From contig CALHXW010000193.1 of assembly GCA_938040325.1 (NCBI GenBank), forward strand, positions 246 through 64,245: 64,000 bases of DNA, read 5' to 3'. Under the pieces are notes generated by a model. The model was not told where the DNA came from and made no database searches. It worked only from the letters and a program-made list of their open reading frames with translations. This document shows positions 18,684 to 29,572 of the stretch, in pieces. Both the position numbers and the translations under genes were made by a program. The stretch is from an uncultured bacterium (GTDB lineage Bacteria > Myxococcota_A > UBA9042 > PHBI01). Position 1 is the first letter of the stretch. Every line of letters starts with the position of its first letter.

Positions 18684-19267
18684 CGCGGCGTTCGTATGGG
18701 CTGTGGACTCGGCTCGCTGGCCTACTGGTTGGCGTCACGATGGTCGCTCTGAGCGGCAGCGAGGCCGCCAGCCAGGTCAGCGAAGACCCAGACCGGTACG
18801 GTGTCCGCAGCGGCCGGCTCGAAGCCTCGATGGAGCTGAGCTTTCGGCCCCTTGTCATCGGCTCTCCCGCTCCCGCGCGCGAGCCCTTGGCGCTGATCGG
18901 CGTCCAGGCGGGCGTGTTTGCCGGCAACCACCTCCGCCTCGGCGCGACCGTCAGGGCGCTGCTCGCGGGGCGCAATGCGGACTTCCTTGAGGTTACCTTC
19001 GACGCCGGCATCGTCTGGCTGACGGGCCGGCTGCGAACGACGGGCTCGATTGAGCTCGGCTACTCCGGCACCGAGTTCATTGTCGACGACACGATCCTCA
19101 CCAACGACGGCTTCACGCTCAACCTCATGGGCGGCGCGAGCTACGTCGTGTTCGACGATCTCGCGCTTGGGGTCGAGCTCGGGTGGTCGTTGACCAGCCT
19201 CAGTGAGGGGGACAGCGACTGGTCTCATGGCCCGCGCCTAGCATTGGTCGTCAGCACGCTGTGGTAG
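18680..19267 (+). CDS. Small outer-membrane beta-barrel protein
   Basis: Signal peptide, amphipathic beta-strands, terminal W; GTGA overlap with rel. Confidence 0.65.
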   Translation: MTRRSYGLWTRLAGLLVGVTMVALSGSEAASQVSEDPDRYGVRSGRLEASMELSFRPLVIGSPAPAREPLALIGVQAGVFAGNHLRLGATVRALLAGRNADFLEVTFDAGIVWLTGRLRTTGSIELGYSGTEFIVDDTILTNDGFTLNLMGGASYVVFDDLALGVELGWSLTSLSEGDSDWSHGPRLALVVSTLW

Positions 19268-19310
19268 CGCAACGCCAGCGCTTATAACCATCGACGTCAT
19301 CAGGGCCACG

Positions 19311-19446
19311 TCCCAGCAACGCTGATAGAGCACCGAACCATTTGGCTGCGGACGGCGATCTGCCGCACCTGTGCGGCCGTGCTCCTTGTGGAAAACTCAA
19401 GGGGTCTCGACACATCGACAGGAGCTGCGCCCCTGGACCCGCGTTG
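19311..19446. repeat. Remnants of MITE families B and A
   Basis: TCCCAGCAACGCTG-ATAG-AGCACCG (B end joined to A start) and CAGGAGCTGCGCCCCTGGACCCGCGTTG, the reverse complement of a B interior segment near 57426-57453. Confidence 0.6.
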
Positions 19447-19503
19447 TGGTCCGCGCCAGCCGCAACTGTGCTGCACCTCCTTCGCTTCGCTCGAGAACAG
19501 CGC

Positions 19504-20445
19504 CTAGAGCCACGGGTTGTCTTGCGCGAAGTGCACGGTGGCAGGCTGCCCATCCAAGCTGCCTGCCACGCTCACAAAGCCGTTGCGGTCGGCCTGCAAC
19601 GTCACGACGAGCTCACCACCAAAGTGCATGGCCGCCAGCGATGTGAGGTCCGCGACAAACTCCAGGCCGCCGTCACGGACGTCTAAGGGGACGTTGACGC
19701 GGGTGGCGGTCTCGAGCGTGCCAACGTCGATGGCATAGCCACCCCCATCGACCTCGGTGATGTGGACGGTGATCGGAAGCCGGCGTTCAGTGGGCAGCGG
19801 CGCGATCACGATCTCGCCGGTGTATCGCCCGATCAAGCCCATGCGCGTCGGCTGGCGGCAGAAGCCGGTGACAACAAGCACCGGCGGAACGGGGTCGACA
19901 GCGACCTCGGCGAAGGGCGAGCGTGCGCCGCCGACCGTGTCCGGAAAGCCCGACACGACGGTGCCCCAGACGTAGTAGTCTCGCCCCTCATAGAGCGGCT
20001 CGCAGGGCGCTGGCACCTGACCGAAGGGGTTGCCGTAGCAGCCGAAGCGCTCCTCGGTGGTGGACGCAGCGTGCAGCGATCCGCTCTCGTCCCACAGGTT
20101 GATGGCGGAGACGCAGTCGCCGCTGTCGTCGGCGTCGCACACGAGGTAGTCCCCCGTCGCGGCCATGATCGCCACCTTCACCTCAGCGCCTTCGACCGCA
20201 GCGACGGCCTTGCTGACCGAGCTGAGCCCCTCGCGAGAGCACGCACGCGGAGCCGACACGCCCGTGGTGTCGGTGACAGCAATGTCGGTGACGGCAGTGT
20301 CAGCGACCGTGGTGTCGTCACCGCTCGTGTCGGCCTCGCTTGTGTCAGCAGCGGCATCGCCAACGACAGCACCTTCTCGACCTTCGAGGCAACCCGTGGA
20401 CCCGATCGCTACGGCGAGCGCCGCCAGCGTGGCGACGGCATTCAT
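19504..20445 (-). CDS. Hypothetical lipoprotein with Asp/Thr-rich linker and Cys-containing domain
   Basis: MNAVATLAALAVAIGSTGC lipobox-like signal; ATGA overlap with the ALDH stop. Confidence 0.75.
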   Translation of the reverse strand: MNAVATLAALAVAIGSTGCLEGREGAVVGDAAADTSEADTSGDDTTVADTAVTDIAVTDTTGVSAPRACSREGLSSVSKAVAAVEGAEVKVAIMAATGDYLVCDADDSGDCVSAINLWDESGSLHAASTTEERFGCYGNPFGQVPAPCEPLYEGRDYYVWGTVVSGFPDTVGGARSPFAEVAVDPVPPVLVVTGFCRQPTRMGLIGRYTGEIVIAPLPTERRLPITVHITEVDGGGYAIDVGTLETATRVNVPLDVRDGGLEFVADLTSLAAMHFGGELVVTLQADRNGFVSVAGSLDGQPATVHFAQDNPWL

Positions 20446-21965
20446 GCGTCGCTCCGTCGGCCGCCCTTGCCGATGTTGATCCAAGTGGTCTTGAGGTTGG
20501 TGTACTTGTCGACCGCGTACTTGGACTTGTCCTTGCCGCCGAAGCCCGATTGCTTGAACCCGCCGAAGGGCGCGGTCATGTCCGCCTGGTCGAAGTTGTT
20601 GACCCAAACCGTGCCGGCCTGCAGGGCTTGCGACACCCGGTGCGCGCGGGACAGGTCGCTGGTCCAGAGCGCAGCAGAGAGCCCGTAGTGGGTGTCGTTT
20701 GCGATGGCGACAGCCTCCGCTTCCGTCTTGAACGGAATCACCCCGAGCACGGGCCCGAAGATCTCGTCGCGAGCGATGGCCATGGAGTTGTCGACGTCGG
20801 CAAAGACCGTTGGCTCAACGAAGTAGCCGCCGCTCTCGGTGAGCGCCTTGTGCCCGCCGCAGATCAGGCGCGCTCCTTGCTCATGACCGCGGGCAATGTA
20901 GCTCATGACCTTGTCATGCTGAGCGGTGTCGATCACGGGTCCAGCCTTGGTCGCTGGGTCGAGCGGATCGCCTGGCTGCCAGCTCGCAGCGACCGCGGCG
21001 AGCCGGTCGACGACCTGATCGTAGATGCCGGCCTGAACGAGTAGCCTCGAGCCAGCGACGCACATCTCGCCGCTGTTCCAAAAGACGGAAAAGCCCACAG
21101 CCCGCAGCGCGAAGTCGAGGTCGGGTACATCCTCAAAGAGGATATTGGGCGTCTTGCCGCCGGTCTCAAGCGAGACGCGCTTCATGTTGCTCTGTCCGGC
21201 GTAGCTCAGGAGCTGCTTGCCGACTTCGGTCGAGCCGGTGAAGGCAATGGCATCCACATCGGGGTGCAGCGCGAGCGGGGCGCCGGCCCCAGGACCGGAG
21301 CCGGGAACGACGTTGAACACGCCCGGCGGAACTCCGGCCTCCAGGGCAAGCTCCGCAAGCCGGAGCGCGGTCAGGGGGGACTGGTCGGCCGGCTTGAGCA
21401 CCACGGAGTTACCCATCACCAGCGCTGGCGCGAGCTTCCACGCGGCGATCATCATCGGGAAGTTCCACGGGGTGATCGCGCCGACAACGCCGAGCGGCTC
21501 GCGCCTCACCAAGCCCACCACGTCCGGCCCGGTCGGTGCCATCTCGTCGTAGAGCTTGTCAGCCAGCTCGCCGTACCAACGGAACGTGTACTGCGCCTGG
21601 TCCAGATCGACGCGGGTCGTGTAACGAACGGGCTTTCCGATATCCAGCGTCTCGAGCAGCGACAGCTCGGGTCCGTGGTGCTCGATAAGCTCCCCGAGAC
21701 GAATCAGCCTCTGTCCCCGCTCTCGGGGCCGCATGCGGCGCCACGGTCCCGTGTCGAACGCTCGACGCGCCGCCGCGACGGCTCGGTTGACGTCTTCTTG
21801 AGCGCCCGCAGACACCTCGACGATGGCCGCGCCTGTCGCTGGGTTCACCGAGGCGTAGGTCTCGCCGGAAGCGGCCGGGACCCGCTTGCCGTCGATGACG
21901 CACGCGCCGTTGGGGGCTGCCTGGGCAGCGGCCTCTGTCCACTCGCTCTTTGTCCGTCGTGTCAT
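20442..21965 (-). CDS. Aldehyde dehydrogenase (PuuC-like)
   Basis: PWNFP, FTGSTEVG, LETGGK (Glu), NSGEMCVAGSR (Cys), EIFGPV, PFGGFKQSG. Confidence 0.95.
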   Translation of the reverse strand: MTRRTKSEWTEAAAQAAPNGACVIDGKRVPAASGETYASVNPATGAAIVEVSAGAQEDVNRAVAAARRAFDTGPWRRMRPRERGQRLIRLGELIEHHGPELSLLETLDIGKPVRYTTRVDLDQAQYTFRWYGELADKLYDEMAPTGPDVVGLVRREPLGVVGAITPWNFPMMIAAWKLAPALVMGNSVVLKPADQSPLTALRLAELALEAGVPPGVFNVVPGSGPGAGAPLALHPDVDAIAFTGSTEVGKQLLSYAGQSNMKRVSLETGGKTPNILFEDVPDLDFALRAVGFSVFWNSGEMCVAGSRLLVQAGIYDQVVDRLAAVAASWQPGDPLDPATKAGPVIDTAQHDKVMSYIARGHEQGARLICGGHKALTESGGYFVEPTVFADVDNSMAIARDEIFGPVLGVIPFKTEAEAVAIANDTHYGLSAALWTSDLSRAHRVSQALQAGTVWVNNFDQADMTAPFGGFKQSGFGGKDKSKYAVDKYTNLKTTWINIGKGGRRSDA

Positions 21966-21969
21966 CGCT

Positions 21970-22458
21970 CTAGGCTCCCGAGAGTCGTTGCCAGTGAAGT
22001 TCATTGCGCAGCGGGCGGCCGTTGCGCGTGGATGCCGGGGGTGTGGCAAGCACCAATGCGTTGCCGTTGGAGCTCAACACGACATCTCGGCGCTGGCTCG
22101 TGCCAAGCCAAGGCGTGAAGAGGCTGAAGTCGACGCGGTGGACCACTTGTGCAGCGTCGATGCTGTAGCGCCCGCCGTAAGAGAGGTAGCCTGCGGCCAT
22201 CGCCGCTTGGTCGCTGACCGAGGCCGCGGAGAGGTGGCGGACGTCGGGCCGAGGGCGGTCGACGCTCTGGAGGACGGCCCACATGTAGCCGTCTGCGGTG
22301 TAGGTGATGCGGCCGAAGGCGTCGCTACCAAAGGGCATGCGCGGGTCATCCTCGCCAACGTGCACCACCCACTTCTTAAGCGACCACGTCCCGACAAGTT
22401 GTGCCACGGTCAGCACAGGGGACGCCTCCGTCGGAAGGGCAGGGGTCGTGCCGCTCAC
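21970..22458 (-). CDS. Lipocalin-like domain protein
   Basis: LVGTWSL, GRITYTADGYM, YLSYGGRY; GTGA overlap with the thiolase. Confidence 0.85.
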   Translation of the reverse strand: MSGTTPALPTEASPVLTVAQLVGTWSLKKWVVHVGEDDPRMPFGSDAFGRITYTADGYMWAVLQSVDRPRPDVRHLSAASVSDQAAMAAGYLSYGGRYSIDAAQVVHRVDFSLFTPWLGTSQRRDVVLSSNGNALVLATPPASTRNGRPLRNELHWQRLSGA

Positions 22459-23657
22459 GCGTCGACGCGCTCGATCACGCTGGCGGCGCCAAGGCCGGCA
22501 CCCCCGCTGATGCTGACGACACCGTAACGCTCGCGCCTTCGAACCATCTCATCGAGCAGCGTCGCCACCAGGATCGCCCCGGTCGCCCCAAACGCGTGGC
22601 CCATGGCAATGGTTCCGCCGTTGACGTTGAAGCGCTCGTCACCGACGTCGAGGTCGCGCTGGAACTTCAGGCAAAGCGCCGCAAACGCCTCCGCGTACTC
22701 GAAGAGGCCGATGTCGTTGGTCGACAGGCGTGCCCGGTCGAGGGCCTGGACGACGGCAGCCTGGCCTGATGTCAGCATCATCACCGGACAGACGCTAGTC
22801 GCCGCGGCGCTGCGGATGGCGGCGCGCGGGGTAAACGCCCGAGCGGCCTCCGCACTGCAGACGAGGACCAGCGCGGCCCCATCGGCGAGCGCGGGCGAGT
22901 TGCCGCGGTGGTGGAGGTGCTGGATCGCGCCTGCCTCGGGGTAGGCAGCAAGCGCAACCGCATCCATACCCGCAGCGCCCATCCCCGCAAAGCTCGGCGG
23001 GATGTCGGCGAGCGCCTCGACGGAGGTGGTCGGTCGCACATGCTCGTCGGTCTCGAGCGTCACGTTGCCGTCGGCGTCCGTGACGGTCACCAAGGACGGC
23101 GCGAATCGCCCGTCGCGCCAAGCTTCGGCCGCCCGGTGGTGCGAGCGCACGCCGTAGGCATCGAGCTCCGGGCGCTCGAAGCCCTCGAGGGTTGCCACCA
23201 GATCGGCGGCCACGCCCATGTGAATCGATCGCGCGGGGCCGGCGACGTTGGGGTCGGTGTAGAGGGGGCCACCATCGGCGAGCATCGGAACGCGCGAGAC
23301 CGACTCGACCCCGCCGGCAATCACCACGTCAGCGAGGCCGGCTGCGACCTTGGCGTGAGCGAGGTTCACCGCATCGAGCCCAGACGCACAGAACCGGTTG
23401 ATCGTCATGCCGGACACCGAGGGCGGTAGGCCAGCGAGCAGGGCCGCGGTCTTCGCGATGTTGGTGCCCTGTTCCTTGGCTTGGGTCGAGCAGCCGAGGA
23501 TGACCTCATCGACGGTGTCCGGGTCAAAGCCTGTGCGCTCTTGCAGCGCGCCGAGCAGCTGCACCACGAGCTGAATCGGCGAGACGCTGGCGAGGCCTCC
23601 AGTGGGCTTGGCTTTGCCCCTTGGGGTACGGACGGTATCGATGATGAAGGTCGTCAT
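22455..23657 (-). CDS. Thiolase-family acyltransferase with atypical catalytic motifs
   Basis: DTVRTPRGK, INRFCASG (Cys90) and NVNGG.IAMGH (His354) are present, but AEAF replaces NEAF and SISGGAG replaces CxGGG. Confidence 0.92.
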   Translation of the reverse strand: MTTFIIDTVRTPRGKAKPTGGLASVSPIQLVVQLLGALQERTGFDPDTVDEVILGCSTQAKEQGTNIAKTAALLAGLPPSVSGMTINRFCASGLDAVNLAHAKVAAGLADVVIAGGVESVSRVPMLADGGPLYTDPNVAGPARSIHMGVAADLVATLEGFERPELDAYGVRSHHRAAEAWRDGRFAPSLVTVTDADGNVTLETDEHVRPTTSVEALADIPPSFAGMGAAGMDAVALAAYPEAGAIQHLHHRGNSPALADGAALVLVCSAEAARAFTPRAAIRSAAATSVCPVMMLTSGQAAVVQALDRARLSTNDIGLFEYAEAFAALCLKFQRDLDVGDERFNVNGGTIAMGHAFGATGAILVATLLDEMVRRRERYGVVSISGGAGLGAASVIERVDA

Positions 23658-23699
23658 GAAGGTCCTTGTCGGTGTTGAGAGCGGGCGTGCGCGACGAAC

Positions 23700-25127
23700 T
23701 CAGCTGCGGGCCGGCAACGCAGCAGCGTCGACCCAGCAGCCGTGGAAACCGTTGGGCACGCGGCGAGGAAGCCGGACCTCTGCGACCGGCCCTGCGCCGA
23801 GATCGGCGGCGTCAAAGACGAACACCGATGAGCGGTCGTTGGCCATGTCGCTGATGAAGCTGAGCATGTAGCCGTCGTCTTCGCTCCGAGCACCCGTGCG
23901 CGGTGCAAACTGGCCTTCGGAGCCGAACTGTCCTGGCTCAAGCCGATGTTCGCTGACCGCGGCGCCGGTCGTCACGTCGTACTTGATGAAGCCGTCGAAC
24001 GTAGTCGCGAGCGTGTTCTCAAGCGTCACCACGTAGGCAAAGCGGCCGGCGGTGCCGAGAGCGGCGTTGTTGATGGTTGGGAACTCAACGCTTCGGTCGT
24101 CGAGGGCGCGCTCGCGGGTCGCGCCCGTCGCCAGGTTGAAGCGATACTCCCACAGCTGAGCGTCGAGCCGAAGGTAGTTGAGGATGTTGGCGAGTGGGCC
24201 GGTGATCGGCTCGTCGAGCGGCTTGGGCCAGCGAAAGCGACAGACGATCATCACGACGTCGTCGCCGTCATCCCAAGCGTTGACGCTGTGGTAGATAAAG
24301 CACGGCTCGGCGTCGAACCAGCGGATGTCGGCGGCCTTGCCATGCCGCGGAATCACGGCGAAGCGAGACGGCATGTCGTGGCGGAACACCAGGCGATGAC
24401 GACCGAGGGCGTGCGCCTCCGGATCGACGAAGAGCGGCAGGTCCATCAGCACCGAGTAGCGCTCGGTCACCGCCATGTCGTGCGGCATCCGCGGCCCACG
24501 AAGTGCAATGGGCTCAAACGTCACAAGCTCACGCTCGGCCGAGACGACGCCGTAGTGCATGAACGGCGCTTGAGGCCCGTAATCGAAGAAGAGCAGCTCG
24601 CCTGTGCGGTCGTCGACCTTCGCGTGGGCGCTGACCGGCGAGCGCCTCGTGCCGCGCCAGTCGTCAGGACCAAGGGTCTTAAGCGTGTGCGGATCGAGGC
24701 GGTAGGGCTCGCCAGCGAGGTACCAGAGCGAGGTCAACGCGCCTGCATGGTAGACGAGGTCCGTGTTGGACGTGTCTTTGAGGTGCAGGCGATTGCCGTC
24801 ATCGGGGTTGCCCTGGCGAGGCTCGGCAACACCGCGCCACAGCGCAGCGCCGTGGTCGATATCCGCTGCAAGCCCAGCCGTTGCCACGTAGCGGTTGGTG
24901 TAGCGCGCCGAGCCGTCCTCGAAGTGCACCCCGTGCACCATGCCGTCGCCATCGAACCAGTGATAGCGGCCTTTGGGAGGCAGTGCCGGGTTGGGTCCGT
25001 TGCGGACGTAGAGCCCGTTGAGGTCGCGCGGAAGCTCGCCGATGACCTGTAGGGGGAGAGACTCACGCTCCACGGTGCTCTCGACCGAGACCGGAGCAAA
25101 GGCGCCTTCGAGGTAGGGGTTGAGCAT
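23700..25127 (-). CDS. Carotenoid/stilbene cleavage oxygenase (CCD/RPE65 family)
   Basis: RNGPNP, HWFDGDGM and four Fe-binding His (SAHAK, PHDMA, IYHSVNA, GFHGCW). Confidence 0.95.
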   Translation of the reverse strand: MLNPYLEGAFAPVSVESTVERESLPLQVIGELPRDLNGLYVRNGPNPALPPKGRYHWFDGDGMVHGVHFEDGSARYTNRYVATAGLAADIDHGAALWRGVAEPRQGNPDDGNRLHLKDTSNTDLVYHAGALTSLWYLAGEPYRLDPHTLKTLGPDDWRGTRRSPVSAHAKVDDRTGELLFFDYGPQAPFMHYGVVSAERELVTFEPIALRGPRMPHDMAVTERYSVLMDLPLFVDPEAHALGRHRLVFRHDMPSRFAVIPRHGKAADIRWFDAEPCFIYHSVNAWDDGDDVVMIVCRFRWPKPLDEPITGPLANILNYLRLDAQLWEYRFNLATGATRERALDDRSVEFPTINNAALGTAGRFAYVVTLENTLATTFDGFIKYDVTTGAAVSEHRLEPGQFGSEGQFAPRTGARSEDDGYMLSFISDMANDRSSVFVFDAADLGAGPVAEVRLPRRVPNGFHGCWVDAAALPARS

Positions 25128-25516
25128 CGAATCCTCTTGGCTACAGAGGCTCTTTGCTACCTCTCGCGCGCACGTTTTTCAAGCCGCGCGGCCGCAGCGC
25201 AGACATCCTCGCGCGCCTGGCGCATCGACCCCACGGACCGCGCCCATGCCGGGGCGCTCGCCGCGGCTGCCAGCCAGGACGAAGGAGATTCGAGCGTGAA
25301 CCCAGCCTGACTCACTGGTATGGAGACGCTTATGACGCGCCACCGACCCGACACGCTCGCTAACCCCGCTCACGGCTTGCCCGTGCGTGCGGCACGTCGC
25401 GCCTGGTCGTCGGCATCGCGGGGCCTGCGCTCAGCAGCCGCATCCTCGCGACTCGCGTCGACGTCTTGTGTCGTCGGTTGCGGCAGCGGCGCACCTGACG
25501 TCGTCTGGGAGCTTGC

Positions 25517-26833
25517 ATGAGCCGTCGCGACAGCGGGAGGGTGGTTGCATTCGCGTGGGTCGTGATGGCCTGGAGCCTCGTCGCGGTGCAGGGTGCGCTG
25601 GCCCACGGGCCGGCGCCTGTTGCGCTTGAGGCCCTGTCGCTCTCGGGCGATGCGGCCGAGGGGCTCATCCGCGATGACCCGGGGCTGCCCGATGTGGTGC
25701 GAACCAACATCGGGCTCGCCATTGCCCGACCCGACGGCGCCTATCACTACGGGTGCCCGGTCCAGTGGGGCGGCGTTGAGCTCGCCTTCGCGGCCGCAAC
25801 GCCTGACCGCTCGGGGATCATCGCGCTTGGCGGCGGGCGAGCGTACGCCTCGGTGGACGGCGGCTGCAGCTTCAGCGAGCTGGCGTGGCCCGATCAAGCA
25901 GGCGATGCCACGAACGTCGAGCGAGTCGGCGAGCGCTTCTTCATCACCGCGCGGGACGGAACGACGGGCTCGGTGGTGCAGTGGCAGCCCGGGACAGCAC
26001 CGGTCATCGCCTTTCGGCTCGGCTTTGCGCCCGACAGCCTCACCACCTGGTCTCGGAGCGATGCGACCGGTGCCGGCCTCTTGGTCGCGGGCGCCCGGCC
26101 AGCGGCGACCATCGAGAGCTTCGCGGTGGTGGTGGACAGCGGGACGGATGCCACGACCTTGCATCGGGTGTGGTCGGCCAACCTCACCGTTACAGGGGCT
26201 CAGCAGCTCACGCTCCCGAACGCGCCGCAAGACGATGCCGCGTGGGTCGTCGTGACAACCGACGAAGGCCGGGGCCTGTGGCGTCGAAACGCCATCGGCG
26301 GGGGCTGGTCGCGCAAGCTCGGCGGACTGGGGTCCGTCCATGGTCCGGTCGCCCTCGACGAGGCGCTGTTGGGCCTTTGGGACGGCAAGCTCTGGACGCA
26401 CCCTGGCACGGCCGCAGGAAGCTGGAGCCCTGGGCCTGAGGTCGACTGGACCTGCCTGCAGCAGCTCGGCGACCGCGTCTACGCGTGCTCGCTGCAGCAG
26501 CTCTCGGAAGTCCTAGCAGCCGACGGCAGCTCGCGCCCGGTGTTTCGGCTCGCGCAGCTCGCCGGTCCGCGCGAGGGCTGCCCGAAAGACGCGCCCACAC
26601 TCTGCATCGGCGACTGGTTCCACTTCGGCGGGGAATCGCAGCTGGTGGACGCCACGCCGGCCACCTATCCAGATCCCGCCGGGCCGCCAGCGGAACCGCT
26701 GCCGAAAGACGAAAACGGCTGCGCTGCTGGATCGACGAATCCGCTCTCAGGTTACGGTGGAGGTGCTCTGCTGTTCGCATTTATTACGCTCCGGAGACGC
26801 TTGACGGCGATGTGGGCTGCTTGTTGCGGCTGA
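25517..26833 (+). CDS. Exported protein, probably a beta-propeller, with MYXO-CTERM-like C-terminal sorting signal
   Basis: Signal peptide, [11 protein letters not shown]-like motif, C-terminal ENGCAAG...[11 protein letters not shown]. Confidence 0.75.
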   Translation: MSRRDSGRVVAFAWVVMAWSLVAVQGALAHGPAPVALEALSLSGDAAEGLIRDDPGLPDVVRTNIGLAIARPDGAYHYGCPVQWGGVELAFAAATPDRSGIIALGGGRAYASVDGGCSFSELAWPDQAGDATNVERVGERFFITARDGTTGSVVQWQPGTAPVIAFRLGFAPDSLTTWSRSDATGAGLLVAGARPAATIESFAVVVDSGTDATTLHRVWSANLTVTGAQQLTLPNAPQDDAAWVVVTTDEGRGLWRRNAIGGGWSRKLGGLGSVHGPVALDEALLGLWDGKLWTHPGTAAGSWSPGPEVDWTCLQQLGDRVYACSLQQLSEVLAADGSSRPVFRLAQLAGPREGCPKDAPTLCIGDWFHFGGESQLVDATPATYPDPAGPPAEPLPKDENGCAAGSTNPLSGYGGGALLFAFITLRRRLTAMWAACCG

Positions 26834-26948
26834 AAAGCTCAGATTTTTTCGCCTTGCCCGGACTCGTGCTGCACAAACAGTTCACGCACAGGTAGAGTCG
26901 ACGACGGTTCACCTCCGAACCCTCTGTCCGAGCACCCTGCAAGCGTCC

Positions 26949-29474
26949 GTGCAAGCCGAACTAAACTCAGTCCAGCCAAGCAAAGACTACGAGCGCACCC
27001 GCGCCGCAGCGTCACGACGTGTCGTCAGCGCGTTTTGCATCGTCTCGGTGGTCGTTGGGCTCGTGTTCTCGATTGTCGGTATGGCCCTCGGGTGGCCGAA
27101 GGTTCCGATCTTTGCTGGCATCGCCCTTGTTGTTCTACCGGCGGCGATCTGGCTTCAGATTCGGCTCACTCAACGCCACGAGATCGCGGCCCACTTCATG
27201 TGCTTTGCGATCCTTGGGCTCGTCTGGTTCGTGACCGCGGGGCGAGGCGGTCTCAGCAACCCGGTGGCGGCGGTGCACCTCATGATCGCGCCGGTAGCGG
27301 TCTTCACGCTTCCGAGTCGGCATGCGCTCGTCTGGACGATCCTGAGCCTTGTGTCGCTCGTATGTCTGGTGGTCGTTCCTTATGATTGGAGCAACGCCCC
27401 GCTCGACGGCGGCTTCGTCTTCAGCGACATGCCGAACTCGGTCCGGGTGCGCGTCGGCTTCATCTACGGAATCCTCATCCTCTTGCTCGGCGGTCTCGCC
27501 CGCTTCTTCGAGCAGTCGGCGACACGCTCGATGGCCGCGCTTCACGCGACCAACGAGGCGCTCTCGACGGCCAAGGCCGAAGCGCTTGAGGCGAGCCAAG
27601 CCAAGTCATCGTTTCTCGCCAACATGAGCCACGAGATCCGGACCCCCATGAACGGGGTGATCGGGATGAGCCAGCTGCTGCTGACCGAGCCACTGCCAGA
27701 GCAGCAGTTCGACATGGTCAAGACCATCCACGACGCCGGCATTGCGCTGGTCGACGTCATCAACGACATCCTCGACGTCTCGCGCATCGAGGCCGGTCGC
27801 CTCGAGCTGGAGCCATCTCCATTCGACCTGTCAGAGACGGTTCACGGCGTCCTCGAGGTCCTGATGGTGCAGGCCAAGGCGAAGCGTCTCGTCCTGACGG
27901 CGTCTGTCCAGATGCCCAAGAGCCGGTCGGTGATCGGCGATGGTCCGCGCGTTCGTCAGATCCTGATGAACCTCGTTGGAAACGCCCTGAAGTTTACCCA
28001 GAAGGGATCGGTTCATGTGACCGTCACGGGCGAGCTTGTCGACGCCGATAGCGACGATGCCTCGCCCACGCTCGCGGTCACCTTTCGCGTTGCCGACACC
28101 GGTATTGGGATACCCAATGAGGTCATCGGCTCGCTCTTTGAGCCGTTCATGCAGGGCGACCCCTCCACCACACGGCGGTTCGGCGGCTCCGGCCTTGGGC
28201 TGGCGATCACCAAGCGGCTCGTCGACAGCATGGGCGGCGAGATCGACGTCGTGAGTGAGGTCGGGCGAGGCAGCCTCTTTCGGGTCACGCTTCCGCTCAC
28301 GTTCGCCGCGTCGTCCGCCGACGTGCCGATGGTCGAAGAGCTCAGCCGCGATCTGAAGCGCGCTGGCACGGCCAGTCGCGTTCTGCTGGTCGATGACGAT
28401 CAGACGAGCCGCGAGGTCATCGCTCGGCTGCTCGAGCAGCTCGATCTCACGGTTGTCGCTGTCGAGAGCGGCGCTGCCGCTCTCGCGGAGCTGTCGAAGT
28501 CTTCGTATTCGGCCGTGTTTGCCGATCTGCGGATGCGGCAGATGGACGGTCTCGAGTTCGCGAGGCGCGTACGTGCGCTTGAGCGCTTTCGGTTGCTGCC
28601 GCTCATCACGATCACGGCCGACGCGACGACCACGGCCCGCAACGACTGTCGCGCGGCCGGCTTCAACGACTTCCTCACCAAGCCGGTCCAGATCGGTGCC
28701 CTCGAGCGCGCGATCAATCGCTGGCTTCGCGGCGCTGAGCTGCTCACGCTCAAGCCCGAGCCGCCGCCGACCTTTCCCCGGCTGCGTGCGGCGACTCAGC
28801 TGCTGGTGACCGCGCCCACCCACCACGGCAACCGCAACCTCGGAACCGCGCTGAAGTCGTTCTTCCACGAGTTTCCGCACGCGACGGTCGAGCAGCTCCT
28901 TGACGACCGCGCGATCGACTTGAACGCCGGAGACATCGACCTCCGGCTAGCGAACGTCACCGGCCGGAACCCGCCGCCCGAGGCGCGCATCGTCGGCTAC
29001 GACGTGGCGATCTGCGTCGCGTCGCCAGACCTCGCGAAACGAACCGAGGGCCGCGACGTTGATGTGCTTCGTGAGCTGCCGTGGGTGGGCTTGTCGAACC
29101 TCGTCGACGTCTCGTGGACCATTCAACGGCCCGACGGCGGCACGTTCCAGCATCGTCCGGCGTATCGTGCGGTCGCGACCACCAGCAACGGGCTCCATGG
29201 CCTCGCACGTGCAGGGGTCGGGTGCGGACTCGTGCTGGCGTCAACCGTCGAAGAGGACCTCGCCGCCGGTCGGCTGGTGAGGCTCTTTCCCGAGGCATTC
29301 GCTATCTCGTCGGCGGTGATTGCGACCTTCCCCGCGCACCACAGGGAGACGCCCGAGGTCCAGGGACTCATCAAGCACATTGAGCGGACGCTCGCGAAGT
29401 CGGGACCGCAGCGAGGCATGCCGCGTGTGGCAGAGCCCGCGCCCCCAACGCCCGGCTCCATCGAGGCGACTTAG
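26949..29474 (+). CDS. Membrane hybrid histidine kinase (TM sensor-HisKA-HATPase-REC) with C-terminal LysR substrate-binding domain
   Basis: About 6 TMs, [12 protein letters not shown]1/F/G2 boxes, REC (VDDD, ADLRM, KPV), then a CrgA-like domain (LVTAP...IDL...IDL...ASP...[11 protein letters not shown]). Confidence 0.9.
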   Translation: MQAELNSVQPSKDYERTRAAASRRVVSAFCIVSVVVGLVFSIVGMALGWPKVPIFAGIALVVLPAAIWLQIRLTQRHEIAAHFMCFAILGLVWFVTAGRGGLSNPVAAVHLMIAPVAVFTLPSRHALVWTILSLVSLVCLVVVPYDWSNAPLDGGFVFSDMPNSVRVRVGFIYGILILLLGGLARFFEQSATRSMAALHATNEALSTAKAEALEASQAKSSFLANMSHEIRTPMNGVIGMSQLLLTEPLPEQQFDMVKTIHDAGIALVDVINDILDVSRIEAGRLELEPSPFDLSETVHGVLEVLMVQAKAKRLVLTASVQMPKSRSVIGDGPRVRQILMNLVGNALKFTQKGSVHVTVTGELVDADSDDASPTLAVTFRVADTGIGIPNEVIGSLFEPFMQGDPSTTRRFGGSGLGLAITKRLVDSMGGEIDVVSEVGRGSLFRVTLPLTFAASSADVPMVEELSRDLKRAGTASRVLLVDDDQTSREVIARLLEQLDLTVVAVESGAAALAELSKSSYSAVFADLRMRQMDGLEFARRVRALERFRLLPLITITADATTTARNDCRAAGFNDFLTKPVQIGALERAINRWLRGAELLTLKPEPPPTFPRLRAATQLLVTAPTHHGNRNLGTALKSFFHEFPHATVEQLLDDRAIDLNAGDIDLRLANVTGRNPPPEARIVGYDVAICVASPDLAKRTEGRDVDVLRELPWVGLSNLVDVSWTIQRPDGGTFQHRPAYRAVATTSNGLHGLARAGVGCGLVLASTVEEDLAAGRLVRLFPEAFAISSAVIATFPAHHRETPEVQGLIKHIERTLAKSGPQRGMPRVAEPAPPTPGSIEAT

Positions 29475-29572
29475 GCGTCTCGGCTGAGCGGTCGAGTCGG
29501 TTCAAATCGAGCGCTGCGATGAGCCGTGATGCGAGCTGTGCCGATGCCCGCCAGCAGGAGGCACCGCTACCG

